Shown one piece after another: positions 24,430-37,700 of a DNA stretch of 64,000 nt; positions within the stretch are counted from its first letter, which is position 1; each line of letters opens with the position of its first letter. Both the position numbers and the translations under genes were made by a program. The notes under the pieces were generated by a model, which saw only the letters and a list, made by a program, of their open reading frames with translations, made no database searches and was not told where the DNA came from. The DNA is from Lama glama (Eukaryota), in NCBI GenBank assembly GCA_028534125.1, contig CM052818.1, positions 12,092,001 through 12,156,000 of the forward strand. Direction: 5' to 3'.

Positions 24430-24900
24430 TTATTATTTAAAAAAACTGAAAAGATAATACATGCACATTAAAAAAATATTCAGGTGTACAACAAATTATA
24501 CAAAGGAAAGCCACTCTTAACTCTTGCCCCAAACTCTACTCCTTAGAAGCAACCACCAGTTCCTATGAGCGTTTCCCAAAATATTCTATTCAAATTTAAG
24601 CATATAATATATGTAATATATTTATATTGTACTTTACAAACATATATTTACATAGGACGTTAACTTTTCTGCTTATCACACCAATAATAGTATACTTTGC
24701 ACAATACTCTGTACCTTAGCTTTGTCACTTAACAGTATATCCTGGCAATTGCTCCATATCAGTACAAAGAAAAAGGTGTATTTGCTATTTGTAATGGCTA
24801 TGTAGCATTCAGTTATATGGAAGTACCTCACCTAATTTGATCAGGTCTTTGTTGATCATTACTTAATTAGCCTTCTGTGTTTTACTATTTCAAACAATGC
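24430..24900 (-). mobile_element. L1ME-like 3' fragment
   Basis: taatacatgcacat, agaagcaaccac, tcacttaacagtatatcctgg...ccatatcagtac, aatggctatgtagcattc, tactatttcaaacaatgc. Confidence 0.65.
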
Positions 24901-25779
24901 CCTTAAGTAGCGTTTTAGTATTTTCTGTGTATAGACCTTCCACATGTTTTGACATGTTTACTCTTACTTATGTCACCTTGTTTTATGCTTGTTTGGTTTA
25001 TTTTTAATGTTTCTTTTTAATCCATCCCTAGTGAGCTGTGTTTCTTTGTTTTGCATGTATATTTGTCTTTTCATTCTGAAAGTCTGAGCTGTTTGAAAAG
25101 TTGAAGGCATATAGTTTTGCCAGTTCCTCTGGTTATTCCTCTGTAACTATAATTTTGTATAATATACTCAGTTTTCTATCTCTTTAAGTATTAAAGGAAT
25201 TAGTGTACTTTTGAGGAGCCGTTAGATGCCCGGTCCTCCTCAGAGGTGTGGCCTTATGAACAGAATCCCACAGGTCATGCTCATCTGCTGCCAAGACTGC
25301 AAAGCACTTGTTTAAAAGGAGAGTCTGCACTAGAACTGGGAGGCTAGGAAGCCTGAAGATTCTGGAATAACAAGAATGCTACTTCTTTTTTCTGTCACAA
25401 TTGAAAAAATCAAAGCTGGATTAAATCATATACTCATTGTCATTTAGGTCAAAGCTTTCCATCCCCATCACACACCTCAATTTCCTGGATAATTGTCTCA
25501 TTTCTCTTTGGCACATTTGCTGTGAAAACCTGCTATGAATAGGAGTCATGGCTAAATTTTAACTCATGTCATCATTACATAAAGTTGTCATTTACATGAC
25601 GACTGCTGAAGTCTTAGAAAATAAACTCAGAGATACTTACTGATTAGCCTTAAAGCATATATGACTCCCACATTTAAAGGACTAATAGTGATATTCTTCG
25701 TTTTGCCAGCTTTATGATAGCAGTGTTCAAATTTTCTCTTTAGTGTCCTCATGTTTAACACGGTAACATTATCTAGTCA

Positions 25780-26220
25780 TTAATTCCACAAATATTCTTG
25801 AGCGTGGATGTTATGCTTGGTATTTTAAATACAATTTGAGGAAGGCATAGCTCTTGTCTTCGGAGTTTATTTATTTGGTAGGAAAGGCATTTAAAGGGGC
25901 ATTTTCAATACTGTGTGAAAAGGACTGTAACAGTGACGAGCATATATGAGCATATACAGGTAATAGAAGCCAAGCTTGGTGGTTCAGGAAAGCTTCCCAC
26001 CCAAGGGGGCACATAACCTATGGATAAGTAGAGGTTATTGGGATTGAATGAGTGTGTAGACTAGGCAGGGCTGAAGTCCTACATTTCAGGCAGGTGGAAT
26101 AAAACCTGCAGAATAGGGAGGACCTCTCATCTGTACCCTCAGGTCTGGAAGTGGTCAGCGACGCCTAGATCACACAGAGGAGAATTAAAAGGAAATATCA
26201 GAGTTTGATTCTTAGCCAGA
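25780..26220 (-). mobile_element. L2 fragment
   Basis: attaattccacaaatattcttgagcg, ggagtttat, ggttcaggaaagcttcc, catttcaggcagg. Confidence 0.55.
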
Positions 26221-27959
26221 CCATATTTCTGCTATAAAAATAAATAAACACAACAAAGGTTTAGATGCAGTGTCTCCATGTAGACCAGGATTTTTATTCA
26301 GAGGAATTAGAAAGAAGTCAGTTGTATACACTTAAGTAGCCTGGAGGGCATATCAGAATTTCTGCAGGAGTATTATGATTTGGGGGGAAAAAAGTATAGT
26401 TCAACATTACAATATTGTGTTATATTTATAAATGAAAAAAAAAACCTTTTGAAATGTAAATTTTAGAAACATAAGATCCTGACAAATATTTGCTCTAAAA
26501 TGGAACATGAATTTTAGACAGAAGAAAAACACTAATATACATGATTTATAAAATGAGAATCTTTTAGAATTTACAAGGTAAGATGGGCCAAGTAAAATTT
26601 TTTTCTCATTGAAGAACTGGACTTAATGAGTTTAAAGCTTTTAGTCTTAAAAATATATTTTCTAATATTCAAGGGAGATTTTCTTCTTCTACATATTTGT
26701 TGTCTCTTATCTACTCTGAGGAAACATGTTCTATGAATATTTTCATATAATTATCAAGTAGCAGCTTTAAAATTTCACGTTATCTGGCTTATTTATTTGT
26801 TTAACAGAAATTCAACAACAAACCCAAGAGAGTGGCTTTACTTTAATTAACAAGAAATAAAGTAACTGATTTTTTCAAGGAGGTGTATTACGTATTTAAT
26901 CATATACTTCAAAAAAAAAACAGGAGATTTGCATTTCAGGACAGTAATGTGAGCACATATATTTAACATTTCCCTAAATTCCAAGGAATTGATCAAAGAA
27001 ATGTAAATGATGGGATAATTTTTTTTAAAAAATCATTAACAGTGTTGTATAACAGGAAAGAAGGCCAGTAAGAGACCCATGCTAAAGGAATGACCCAACA
27101 AATCTCTTGCAGATGGGAGCAAACAGAGAGCCAGAAAAACTAGTCTCTGCTAAGGCACTTATGACAAAAAAAGTCCACCTGTGAAATCGGAAAACAGGAT
27201 TGCCTTATGCCTCTTCTGCAAAATCCAATCTCTGAACAGAAGCTGGGGATTGAGTCCCTTCTGGTAGTGAACGGAGGGCAAAAACTAGAGGGCACCAACA
27301 GAGCTGGCTGGGGTTGGCACTGACACAACAGACCACCAGCGAGATTCGTTATGTCAGGTGGAGAAGGCAGGGACGGGTGCTCAGCTAATTTGGGGTCGTT
27401 CAACAACTGTGGAAAAGAAACCCTCTTACCAAACCGGAAAATCTTCTGTCAGGTGCCTGCCTCCCCAGAAGCTCTTGCACTGCTCACAGCAGGCACTTGG
27501 GACTCTCAGGTCCAGCAAAATAAAACTACAGGAAATGAAGAGGTTTTCTTTTCTCCTTTGACTAGAATTAAAACTTAGAAATGAAACCCACATGATTGCT
27601 GGCTGATCCCATATCAGCTTCCCCAACTGAAAGTGTCTCACTCTATAAAGTTGAACAAACAAAAAAATCACCAGGTGAAATGAAATATTTAGTAGTTCAG
27701 GGGAGGAAAACTATTGTGAGGAGATAAAACAAATGTCCTCTGGGGGAAATAAAACAGACTTTTTCCAAGAAACAGGAGCAAATTTTTAAAACTCTCTAAT
27801 TTGTACTCCCTACAAGAGTCTAGAAAACGTGGCATCTCTACAAATGCAGCAATTGAGAAATTTTAAAAAGATTGCATTTAGGTGCAAACTCTACTCAAAA
27901 TTAAAACCCAATGGAGAATCTGTAAGAAGTTCTACAGGACAATGATTAAAATACTATTA

Positions 27960-28175
27960 ATAATAATTAATGTTAGTTGAACTCATTATGTGCCAGAGTT
28001 TTAATCCTTTATATGCAATAAGAGATGGTATCCTAACAACAACACTGTAAGATGAATGCCAGTATGCTGTCCATTTTACAGCTGAGGAAACAGAGGTACA
28101 AAACATTTAAGCAACTTGCCCAAAGATCCAAGATTTGTAAATGGTAGAGCTAGGCAATGTAACCCAAGAATCCAC
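27960..28175 (-). mobile_element. MIR SINE
   Basis: tatgtgccag...ccattttacagctgaggaaacagagg...taagcaacttgcccaa...gtaaatggtagagctagg. Confidence 0.75.
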
Positions 28176-28739
28176 AGAGTAATTCTAGAAAAGGAAAAAT
28201 GAGTAAACAGAACCAGTAATCAAAGAAAATCTCATAACAGGAATTGAGATAGATATTTAAATACAGCAGAAAGGACATCATATTAATTGGAATTATCCTT
28301 GACCATGTAGTATTGATAATTTGAACGGCTGTTGTCCAATATATGTTGTGTAGATTTGATGGTTTATCTCTTTAAGTAGCTAGAAAAGGACACTGGTTAG
28401 AGCAACTGCAAAGTAGTATGTTCCCAAGTTTGTTCACAAATTTTTAGTATATGTATCAATTTTAAAACTGATAAAATGAACCAATTAGCAAAGAATTATC
28501 TCTGCTAAGAAGAGCTGCTATTAAATCCCTGCTATGAGAAAACAGAAACATTGTGATATTATTTTCTAGATGATATTTCTACTAACTTCTGAAAGTATTA
28601 ATAAAGGATTAACCTATAATATGTGCGAGATTTGAGTAATTTGAGAAAATACTGCAGTTCAACATAAAAATAATATGAAAAATTTTATCAGTTTGTACTG
28701 AGCAAAGTATTGTTCCTGTCTCTTTTTACAAAACAGTGT

Positions 28740-30088
28740 CCATTATTCTAGGTACTGGTTTGAAAAAAAAATATTGCTGTGATTTATGTCAAAGAATGTT
28801 CTGCCTGTGTTTTCCTCTAGGAACTTTATAGTATCCTGTCTTATATTTAGGTCTTTAATCCATTTTGAGTTTATTTTTGTGTATGGTGTTAGAGAATGTT
28901 CTAATTTCATTCTTTTACATGTAGTTGTCCAGCCTCTAGAGTAACGGGAATAAAAGCAAAAATAAACAAATGGGACCTAATTAAACTTAAAAGCTTTTGC
29001 ACAGCTAAGGATACCATCAACAAAACAGAAAGACAACCTACAGAATGGGAGAAAATATTTGCAAATGATGCAACCAACAAGGGACTAATAATCCAAAATA
29101 TACAAACAGCTCATACAGCTTAATATCAAAAAAAAAAAAGCAACCTAATAAAAAATTGGGTAGACCTAAATAGACATTTCTTCAAAGATGACATACAGAT
29201 GGCCAAAAGGCACATGAAAAGATGTTCAATATTGCTAAGTATTAGAGAAATGCAAATCAAAACTACAAATGAAGTATCACCTCACACCAGTCAGAAAGGC
29301 CATCACTTAAAAGTCTACAAATAATAAATGCTGGAGAAGGTGTGGAAAAAAAGATCTCTCCTACACTGTTGGTGGGAATGTAAATTGGTGCAGCCACTAT
29401 GGAGGACAGTATGGAGGTTCTTTAAAAAAACTAAAAATATACTTACCATAGGATCCAGCAATCTCACTCTGGGCATATAATTCAAAAAAATACATTCACC
29501 CCAGTGTTCACAGCAGCACTATTTACAATAGCCAAGATGTGGACACAACTTAAATGTCCATTGACAGATGAATGGATAAAGAAGATGGGGTATATATACA
29601 CAATGGAATATTACTCAGCCATAAAAAAGAATGAAATAGTGCCATTTTCAGTTACATGGATGGACCTAGACATTATCATATCAAGTGAAATAAATCAGAC
29701 AGAGAAAGACAAATATCACATGATGTCACTTACATGTGGAATCTGAAAAAAAAAAGATACAAATTTTAGCTGTAAACCAGAAATAGACTCATGGACATAG
29801 GAAAAAAAAAACTATGATTATCAAGGGAGAAGGGGCAGGGGAGGGACATGTTAGGAGTTTGGGTTAACAGATACACATTACTATATATAAAATAGATAAA
29901 CAACAAGGACCTACTGTGTAGCACAGGGAACTATGTTCAATTTCTTGTACTGAGCCATAATGGAAAAGAAAATGAAAAAATATATACATATGTATGTATA
30001 TATATAACTGAATCGCTTTGCTGTCTACTGATACTAACATTGTAAATGGACTACACTTTCGTACAAAATAAGAATAAAAAAAAAAAAA
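28740..30088 (+). mobile_element. 5'-truncated, 5'-inverted cetartiodactyl-type L1 (ORF2 C-terminus, 3'UTR, polyA)
   Basis: ~28740-28932 is antisense L1 and 28933-30088 is sense L1. ORF 29504-29746 (MFTAALFTIAK...DEWIKKM...MEYYSAIKKNE) is the L1 ORF2p C-terminus; 3'UTR aacaacaaggacctactgtgtagcacagggaacta; A-tail at ~30075-30088. Confidence 0.92.
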
Positions 30089-30516
30089 CCTCTTTAGCAA
30101 CCATTACTTATTTTTAGAATATAGGAAGGGAATTACATATTAAAAAATGTTTAGATAATTGGAATTAAATTCTTTACAAGTTTACGACTGGAAGAACATT
30201 TTAACCTATTTGTTTATTTCACATCACATAGTGTATTAGCAACCATAATATGTAAATATATTGTCCAAACCAAGTATTCTGCCCCTGCTCTCTCATTATG
30301 CATCTTTGATGCCTTAGTAAATGTGCAAAGAACAGACACAAGTAAATGTGGCTGGAAGTTACATAAATGCCTTCTGCAAGTGCATTTACACAGGTTATCT
30401 TGTGGTGATAATCAAACTTTGATTATTATATTTAAAGATTTTTTTATACTATGTCTATTTTTATATTTCACCATTAAAATGTGTTGACATTTAAAGAACA
30501 GGGATTCTAATTTTGA

Positions 30517-30645
30517 GGGGAGAAGGGAGGGTTTTGCTCAGTAGTATAGCACGTGCTTAGCATGCATGAGGTCCTAGGTTCAATCCCCAGTACTTCCTCT
30601 AAAAATGAATAAATAAATCTAATTACCTCCACCACCAAAAAAAAA
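30517..30645 (+). mobile_element. vic-1-type camelid SINE
   Basis: gggagggttttgctcagtagtatagcacgtgcttagcatgcatgaggtcctaggttcaatccccagtac...ctaattacctcc plus an A-tail. Confidence 0.88.
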
Positions 30646-31024
30646 TTTTTTTAAATAATTTTTTTGCTTCTTGATTTTGGGGGGGGGGTGTTAATTTTAC
30701 TCATCTAAAACTGGAATTAAAGTAATTTATTTTAAAAAATAGAAAACAGACACTTTCTAAAATAAAAAATTTACTTTTTTTTTTGAAAGATTATTCTTCT
30801 CCATAAGCCTATGTCCTCCTAATAATGATTTGAAAACCTTTCACGGTTTGAATTTTTAGATCAGGAATGTTTAACAAAGTTATTGCCCTTTAAAACATAC
30901 CAGAAGACTTAAACCTTATTTTTTTCATTAAAAGTACCTGGATACCTAATGTTAGCTACAATACTTCATATTACTTAGATAATATGCAAAATATCTTTCT
31001 CAGTAAATATGACTTACCCAGTAT

Positions 31025-32440
31025 TGTATAATGAAAATATATTTGGTTTTTATCCCTAGTTCCTGGTACAGGCCTCCTAAAACCCTTTGAATTTTCTAGG
31101 TGACTAGAGTGTCTTTTTTTATTGATAATAATGAGTTCCTTTCCACTATGAGTTAATGCTAATGAGGTGACTCAAGGTGGCCCATAGAGAGTTTTAAGGG
31201 AGAGACTGGCCACCATGTTGGAGGGGAGAGTGGCTGGGAATAGAGCTCAATCACCAATGACCTATGATTTAATCAAACAGGTCTAAGGAATGAGACCTTA
31301 AAAAACTCACAAACAGGAGATTCAGGGAGCTTCGTGTTGGTAAATGCATCAGTGTGCTGGGAGGGTGGCACTCCTGGGGAAGGCATGAAAGCTCTGCCTC
31401 CTCATACCTTGCCCTGTGCAGCTCATCCATCTGGCTGANNNNNNNNNNNNNNNNNNNNNNNNNNNNNNNNNNNNNNNNNNNNNNNNNNNNNNNNNNNNNN
31501 NNNNNNNNNNNNNNNNNNNNNNNNNNNNNNNNNNNNNNNNNNNNNNNNNNNNNNNNNNNNNNNNNNNNNNNNNNNNNNNNNNNNNNNNNNNNNNNNNNNN
31601 NNNNNNNNNNNNNNNNNNNNNNNNNNNNNNNNNNNNNNNNNNNNNNNNNNNNNNNNNNNNNNNNNNNNNNNNNNNNNNNNNNNNNNNNNNNNNNNNNNNN
31701 NNNNNNNNNNNNNNNNNNNNNNNNNNNNNNNNNNNNNNNNNNNNNNNNNNNNNNNNNNNNNNNNNNNNNNNNNNNNNNNNNNNNNNNNNNNNNNNNNNNN
31801 NNNNNNNNNNNNNNNNNNNNNNNNNNNNNNNNNNNNNNNNNNNNNNNNNNNNNNNNNNNNNNNNNNNNNNNNNNNNNNNNNNNNNNNNNNNNNNNNNNNN
31901 NNNNNNNNNNNNNNNNNNNNNNNNNNNNNNNNNNNNNNTCAATCACCAATGACCTATGATTTAATCAAACAGGTCTAAGGAATGAGACCTTAAAAAACTC
32001 ACAAACAGGAGATTCAGGGAGCTTCGTGTTGGTAAATGCATCAGTGTGCTGGGAGGGTGGCACTCCTGGGGAAGGCATGAAAGCTCTGCCTCCTCATACC
32101 TTGCCCTGTGCAGCTCATCCATCTGGCTGAGTTGTATCCTTTAGAATAAACTAGTATTCCCAAGAACGCTGATTTCCTGAGTTCTATAAATCGTTCTAAT
32201 AATTATTGAAGATGAGGGTGGGGGTGGGTTGTGAGAGCTCTTGATTTTTAGCCAAGTCTGACAGAAGTGCAGGTAACCCTGGGACCCAGGAATTGTGACT
32301 GGTGTCTGCAGTGAGTGCAGCCCTTAAACCTATGAAGTCTGATGCTAACTCTGGGTAGTTAGTGTCAGAATAGGATTGAATTGTATGACACCCAGCTGGT
32401 ATCAGAGAATTAGAAAATTGCTGTTGGAAAATGACAGACA
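31025..32440 (+). mobile_element. MER21-like LTR spanning the assembly gap
   Basis: atatttggt...ttcctggtacaggcctcctaaaaccctttgaattt, atgctaatgaggtgactca, aatcaccaatgacctatgatttaatcaa, gagttgtatcctttagaataaac, gctaactctgggtagttagtgtcagaa. Confidence 0.85.
31439..31938. other. Assembly gap (500 N)
   Basis: Run of exactly 500 N. Confidence 1.
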
Positions 32441-33929
32441 AATATTCTTCTCCATGTAGCAAGCAATATTTAGTTCACGCAATAGCATTTATGTAACAGC
32501 AAATGACATTGTGGATTTGAATCTGTGGCATAGCAATGAGAACCTCTGGATTTCAACTATTACAACTTCATTTTGTTGAACTGGTTTTAATCTCCCAGTA
32601 TAGGAACAAGGCCCAAAAGTGAAATATCAGGAGGCATGAATGCCATGAACACCTCTCTTACTATCTTAGCAATTTAAGGGCTAGTATTAGGAAGGAAAAA
32701 AATCTATCAAGAGGGAAAAGCACATTGTGCCTTTCTTCCATATTTAATATGACGTATTAGATGAATGACATTAAATCATTGTTTATGAAACTTATTAAAA
32801 GAAATTCAAGCTCAGGTATCTTCTCAGCTAGCAGCTTTAGATAGAAGCTTTTTGACTGGCAGTTGGAATCAATAAATAGAGGCAGAACTTTAGAACTGAA
32901 AGGAGTTGGAAGAAATCCAAAAAAGGAACGCCCTGACTACTACTAACCAAAGCCAATTTCATTGGATGATACACGTAGAGCAAGGTCTGAGCCCAATCAG
33001 GTTTTTCATCCCGGTCTAGCCAACATTTGCTGAAGGCTTGCCCTTGCCCTAAGGCAGCTGTTGTTTGACAGAAAGTTGCCGCTCTTAAAGCAAATTCAGT
33101 GACTTCAATTGTCTCCTCTGGCATTACCAAAGAAATGCCCTGGGCTGTTAAATACATTTTTTTAAAGCACTGATATGCATTGGAGAAAGACCACATGATT
33201 GGCTCTTAAAATAATGCACTTGACTTCCAAGTTATGATGGTCAGCTAAGCTTTGTGTGATGGAGTTCCCCACTGAAAAGCCATTGAAAACAAAGGAAGAC
33301 TTGTAGAGTCACCATTATACTGCAAATAAAGTGATTAATGTGTTAAATAGGCCCCTTGAGGGCCTATTCTGGGCCAGGCACTGTTTAGGTAAACATACAG
33401 AGAAAATGCCCTGCCTTTTTAGAGATATTCTAGCTAGGGCAGAGGCAGACAGGACACAATTAACACAGTATGTTGGAAGGTGTGAATGGGAGGGATACAT
33501 AGAGTTGGCAAACTCTGAAAGTATTAATTATGCAAAAGTCTCAGACTGAGAAAGATGGGCACCACATCTGGGCCTCCAGAAGGACTGCTTGGACAGGCAG
33601 GTAGGAGATGGGAGAGGGCCTCCTACCCGTGTCCCCTATCCCCGTATCAGAAACACAGGTCTATGTTCAATCAAAGAGTGGTCGTTATTCCCCTGCTGGG
33701 GCAAGCAAAGTTGACCAACACTCTAAATTCCATTATGCATTGAGTGTCTGAAAGTTACAGACTAATGTAAATTAGCCCAGGGATGAACAGGGATAGGTGG
33801 GGCCCATAATGCCTGGATATTAAGTCAGTTGTAAGAGCAGACATAGGAAAAACAGGGAATTGGTACTCTATAGGGATTTTTATTTTCATCTGGCATTTTT
33901 AGTAAAAAAGTAGATCCAAACATAAATGA

Positions 33930-34105
33930 TCACTCACTCACGCATTTGCCACAGAATTGCAACACTGAGGTAAAGATTATCATCTCTATTTTAGAGACAC
34001 TAAGGCAGAGACGAGTAAAGTGATTTGGCCAAGGTCACACCTCTGATAGGTTGTAAAGCTGGATTTGAACCCAGGCAGTATTATTTAAGACAGTCCGCTA
34101 TTACA
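33930..34105 (-). mobile_element. MIR SINE
   Basis: attatcatctctattttagag...taaggcagaga...aagtgatttggccaaggtcacac...ggatttgaacccaggcagt. Confidence 0.75.
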
Positions 34106-34999
34106 CAACCCACCAGGTTGCCTCCTTATTGTAAAAGAACAAGCTAGTGGAGGTAAACAAAACAGTCCTGTCTCAGTTGGACCAGATAAGCATTTGCTAG
34201 AAACCACAAATTTTAGGGTACTCTGCATATATCTATTGTTCTCCAGATTAAGGTATGAGAGGAGAATTTTGGCAGCATCCCAGTGGACACTAAGTAGGAG
34301 AAAATTTACTATATGTAGTCACATTGTCAACAACCTGTAGTCCTGGATAGACTGGTTGCTCCTCATTAACGGAGGCGTGAATCAGAAAGAAAAAAAAATC
34401 AACATGAGGAATCAATGAACATACTCTCTCATATAGTGTAAGTAAAACATGAACCTAAACACAATGGGCAAAGCATATCTAAACACTACTTACTTAAGGA
34501 AAAATATTTCAGTAAGTATCTCTGTTGTAGTCTTTACAATTTCAATAAACTATGGCCTACAGGAATGAGATGAAAATGGAGTAGTCTGTCAGATGACATA
34601 CAAAGAGCAGCAGTGATCAAAACTGACCCTGCAGGAAATCAAATTAGCAATTATATAAGATGTGCATATAACTCAAGGTGGGAACATCACAGGCGATGTG
34701 AAAACAAAACGATCAACTGAGGTGTAAGAAGACATAGTAGATCTATTAATTATGTTATTTTTAAACTAAAAATAAGTAATAAATCAATCATTACCAATAG
34801 TTACTGTACAGATGACACTGGTGGCTTCTATTTGTTAGTATAGCACACAGTCATGGATGACATTCAGTACAAGTGGTACAAAGAGAAAGGAGGAGAGAAA
34901 GCTACATGTACAGCCTGAGAGATTGGCAGGTTTTTTGTTTTTGTTTTTATTTTTGCATATAGCAATGTGTATATGTGCCCACACAATGTATTACGTGCC

Positions 35000-35960
35000 C
35001 AGTTAAATAGACTCACAGATTGCATTTTCCTAAATCATAGGCTATTTTTTTCAGGACTTGAGAAGTCGCTATGATAAACTTTCGTACTGGTTACCTTCTG
35101 ACAGAATACTGAAGAGAACTGTTGGTTTTGAACACGAGCTAGAGATTTTTCTTTTATAAAAAGACAAGCATTCCAGATTTTCTATGAAGACAAATGGCTG
35201 TCAGAGGACTGCTAGTTGGTATATATTCCAGAAAAAATAATCCTCTTAACTTGTTCCTTCATGGAAGTGACTTCTCTCAACAAGTGAAAAAGTAAGGTTT
35301 TTTTTAAACTTGTGATAAGGAGAAAAGATTTTGAATATGAATATATGGAAATATTTCCATCATGATGTGTTGTGTGTTTGTGTGTGGTTGATAAAGATGT
35401 AAACGTATTATTGATAAAAACTCACATGTCTTCATACTCAAAAAACTTGGAAACAAAATTTTCTATCCTAGTTAAAAATCTTCCATCTGAGGAGTTTCAG
35501 TGCATTTTGAAATCTGTTAACATTTTAACCGAAACCAAATTTTAACAAAAGAAAAACTGTTAGTTGACGGGAGTTTGAAAGTGAATATTACAGAGCAGTA
35601 AGCACAGCTAATTCAGCACTTACCCACTTGGATCGTCTATCTTTGAATATAATTATTTTTAGTTATGTTAGCCATTGACAGCAAGTATTCAAAACTTAGA
35701 TCTTAGAAACACTGTATCAGAAAGTCTTAAATCAAGAATTTCCAAATCAGTGAGACATAATCAATGATATTGCTGCACTAAAAATGTCTCATTTTTGTAA
35801 ATTTTATAAATAATATTTTAGACTGGGCATAAAAACTTTTGCTCTAAATTTGTAAAAATAGTATTTTAAATGTTTATTATATCCTTATTTGTGCCTTCTA
35901 ATTTTTTGCCTTTGCATACACTTATGATATAGTACATATACATGATTTTAATAAATAAAT
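35000..35960 (+). mobile_element. Decayed hAT-Charlie transposase-bearing element
   Basis: Frameshifted remnants read like Charlie transposase motifs (ELEIFL..., gaagacaaatggctg ~ EDKWL, cttaacttgttccttcatgga ~ LNLxLxG), followed by an AT-rich 3' region. Confidence 0.5.
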
Positions 35961-36719
35961 AGAGGTATTTTGTGATGTAAAGCAAGCCCAGCTGTGACCT
36001 ACTCCTAACCTACTCTGACCACTTTGGCCAGAACTCCTTGTAAAACCTGCTCATGATATTTATTAGGGGAAAGATACTGGAGAATGCCTATCTGGAAAAT
36101 GCTATATCTGTGCAGACTATTTACTATAATCAACCTGTAATTTGGCTTGCCAGAAAATGGGATATGGCAACACAGATACGCTTTATCTGTGCAACTGAGT
36201 ATAAAACTGGAGAACAACAAAATTAAAATGGCTTCTTTGAGAAAGATGTTTCCATATGCATTCTTCAGAATTTGTTATCTTAACCCAAATGTTGCTAATT
36301 CAGGAAAAAGTGATACTTTTGAAAACTGTAAGCTAAAGGATTTGGCCTTTTTTAGAAAGATGTGCTACCTCTGTGCCAGCTCTTGCCTGTATCCTTTGAA
36401 GCATTAGTAAAGTTTGGTTATAACTTGGTTAATATCCATTATTAGCCAGAGTCCACTTTGACAGTTCAATCCACTCAGTAAGCTGTTAGCTCTTTTTTTT
36501 TTTTTTTTACTAAGGAGTATAATGTGTAAGTGTGGATAGCATTAGAATAGAGGACAAGACAAATGAAAACAAGGAAATATTTGACTCTACAGAAGTTTAC
36601 AAGAATGAGCTGAAAAAGTATTTTTACAGAAAGACATGGTTGCACATTAACAGAAACTTTATCAAGAAGTATGAATAGGTGTCTCCATGTCAGGTGTCTC
36701 AGTAACCCTTTACTTTCCA

Positions 36720-36974
36720 AGTGATCAAAGAACAGTTCATACTGGCTTAAACAATATGAGAAATTTTTAGCTCACCTAAGTGCAGAAATAGTCTTCACAG
36801 TGAGAGTATTGTTTTTATCCAGAAGTCCACCGGCACCTCAGAACCTGACTTTTTCCACATCTCTGTTTCTTTCTGAGGTGTCAGTTTTATCCTGATCCCT
36901 GCTCTCTACTGCTAACTAACTAAAGCTTATATACTTTAGTGCCTGCAACCCCATGGCTAGTTTTCTTAATCCAA

Positions 36975-37038
<64 letters not shown>

Positions 37039-37370
37039 CTATGGCTGCCAGCAGCTCAGAGGGATACGTGTTTCCTTGTTTATGTTGAGAGAAGGAGAGA
37101 GACGGATTGAAAGATAGTTTTGGTCTTTGCTCTGATTGAACCATCTGTGGTGACTTTGGTCACCTCAAAGAAATTATTTTGGCCAGGTAATACTATTTGC
37201 TGATATGTCCATCCTATGACTAAATATAGTGGCAAGGAAGTTTGTTGGGATTCTGCTGACAGGTTTAGTCTAATTACAATCCATCTTGTGAGCTAAAGGT
37301 CATATGAGGTCAATTTTATATAAACTTTAAAGCTAAAATTCTAGGTCAGTTTCAACAAAGGACAGTCTAG
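36720..37370 (-). mobile_element. Old MLT1-type MaLR LTR fragment
   Basis: actggcttaaacaatatgagaaattt...gctcac and atggctgccagcagctc are typical MLT1K/L antisense motifs. Confidence 0.45.
36975..37038. repeat. (ATCT)16 perfect tetranucleotide microsatellite
   Basis: 64 bp of uninterrupted ATCT. Confidence 0.97.
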
Positions 37371-37378
37371 GGACTGGG

Positions 37379-37700
37379 TGTAATGGATGCTATGGGAGAC
37401 TCTCTATATCTTTCCTTTAGGAGAGAGGGACGCAGTTCACCAGTTGCTGGGACTTTTGGTTGATGATGGCTCACAACTCCTGGAATTTCTCAGTCAAAGG
37501 ATGCAGTCTCACCTAAGACCATGCTCCCTTTTGGGGACAGCCTACATCACATAACCAGCTTATGTGGGAACACAAAGACCTGGCCCCTTTGCCTCAGTGT
37601 GCACAACTTCCATGCGCTGCACCAGTCCTAGAGGCTTTGCTGTGACTGAAGTGAAAATCCCCTTCTCTGTCCAATCCTACCTATTTCTTCATATATATAC
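37379..37700 (+). mobile_element. LTR16-like (ERVL) LTR
   Basis: tgtaatggatgct, tgatggctcaca, ggggacagcctacatc, cctggcccctttgcctca, gaggctttgctgtgactg, cccttctctgtccaatcct. Confidence 0.7.

Noticed and set aside
29504..29746. 80-aa ORF with clear protein similarity
   Set aside because: It is the C-terminus of L1 ORF2p in a truncated element, not a host gene.
31269..31959. ORFs of 178-226 aa
   Set aside because: Artefacts of translating through the N gap.
31247..32130. Apparent paired LTRs or direct repeats around an unknown insert
   Set aside because: The copies are an internal part of a single LTR and end exactly at the gap edges, as expected for a contig overlap.
32837..33743. Cluster of 60-119 aa ORFs
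   Set aside because: No recognisable homology or exon structure; partly overlaps L2-like sequence and lengths are within chance expectation.
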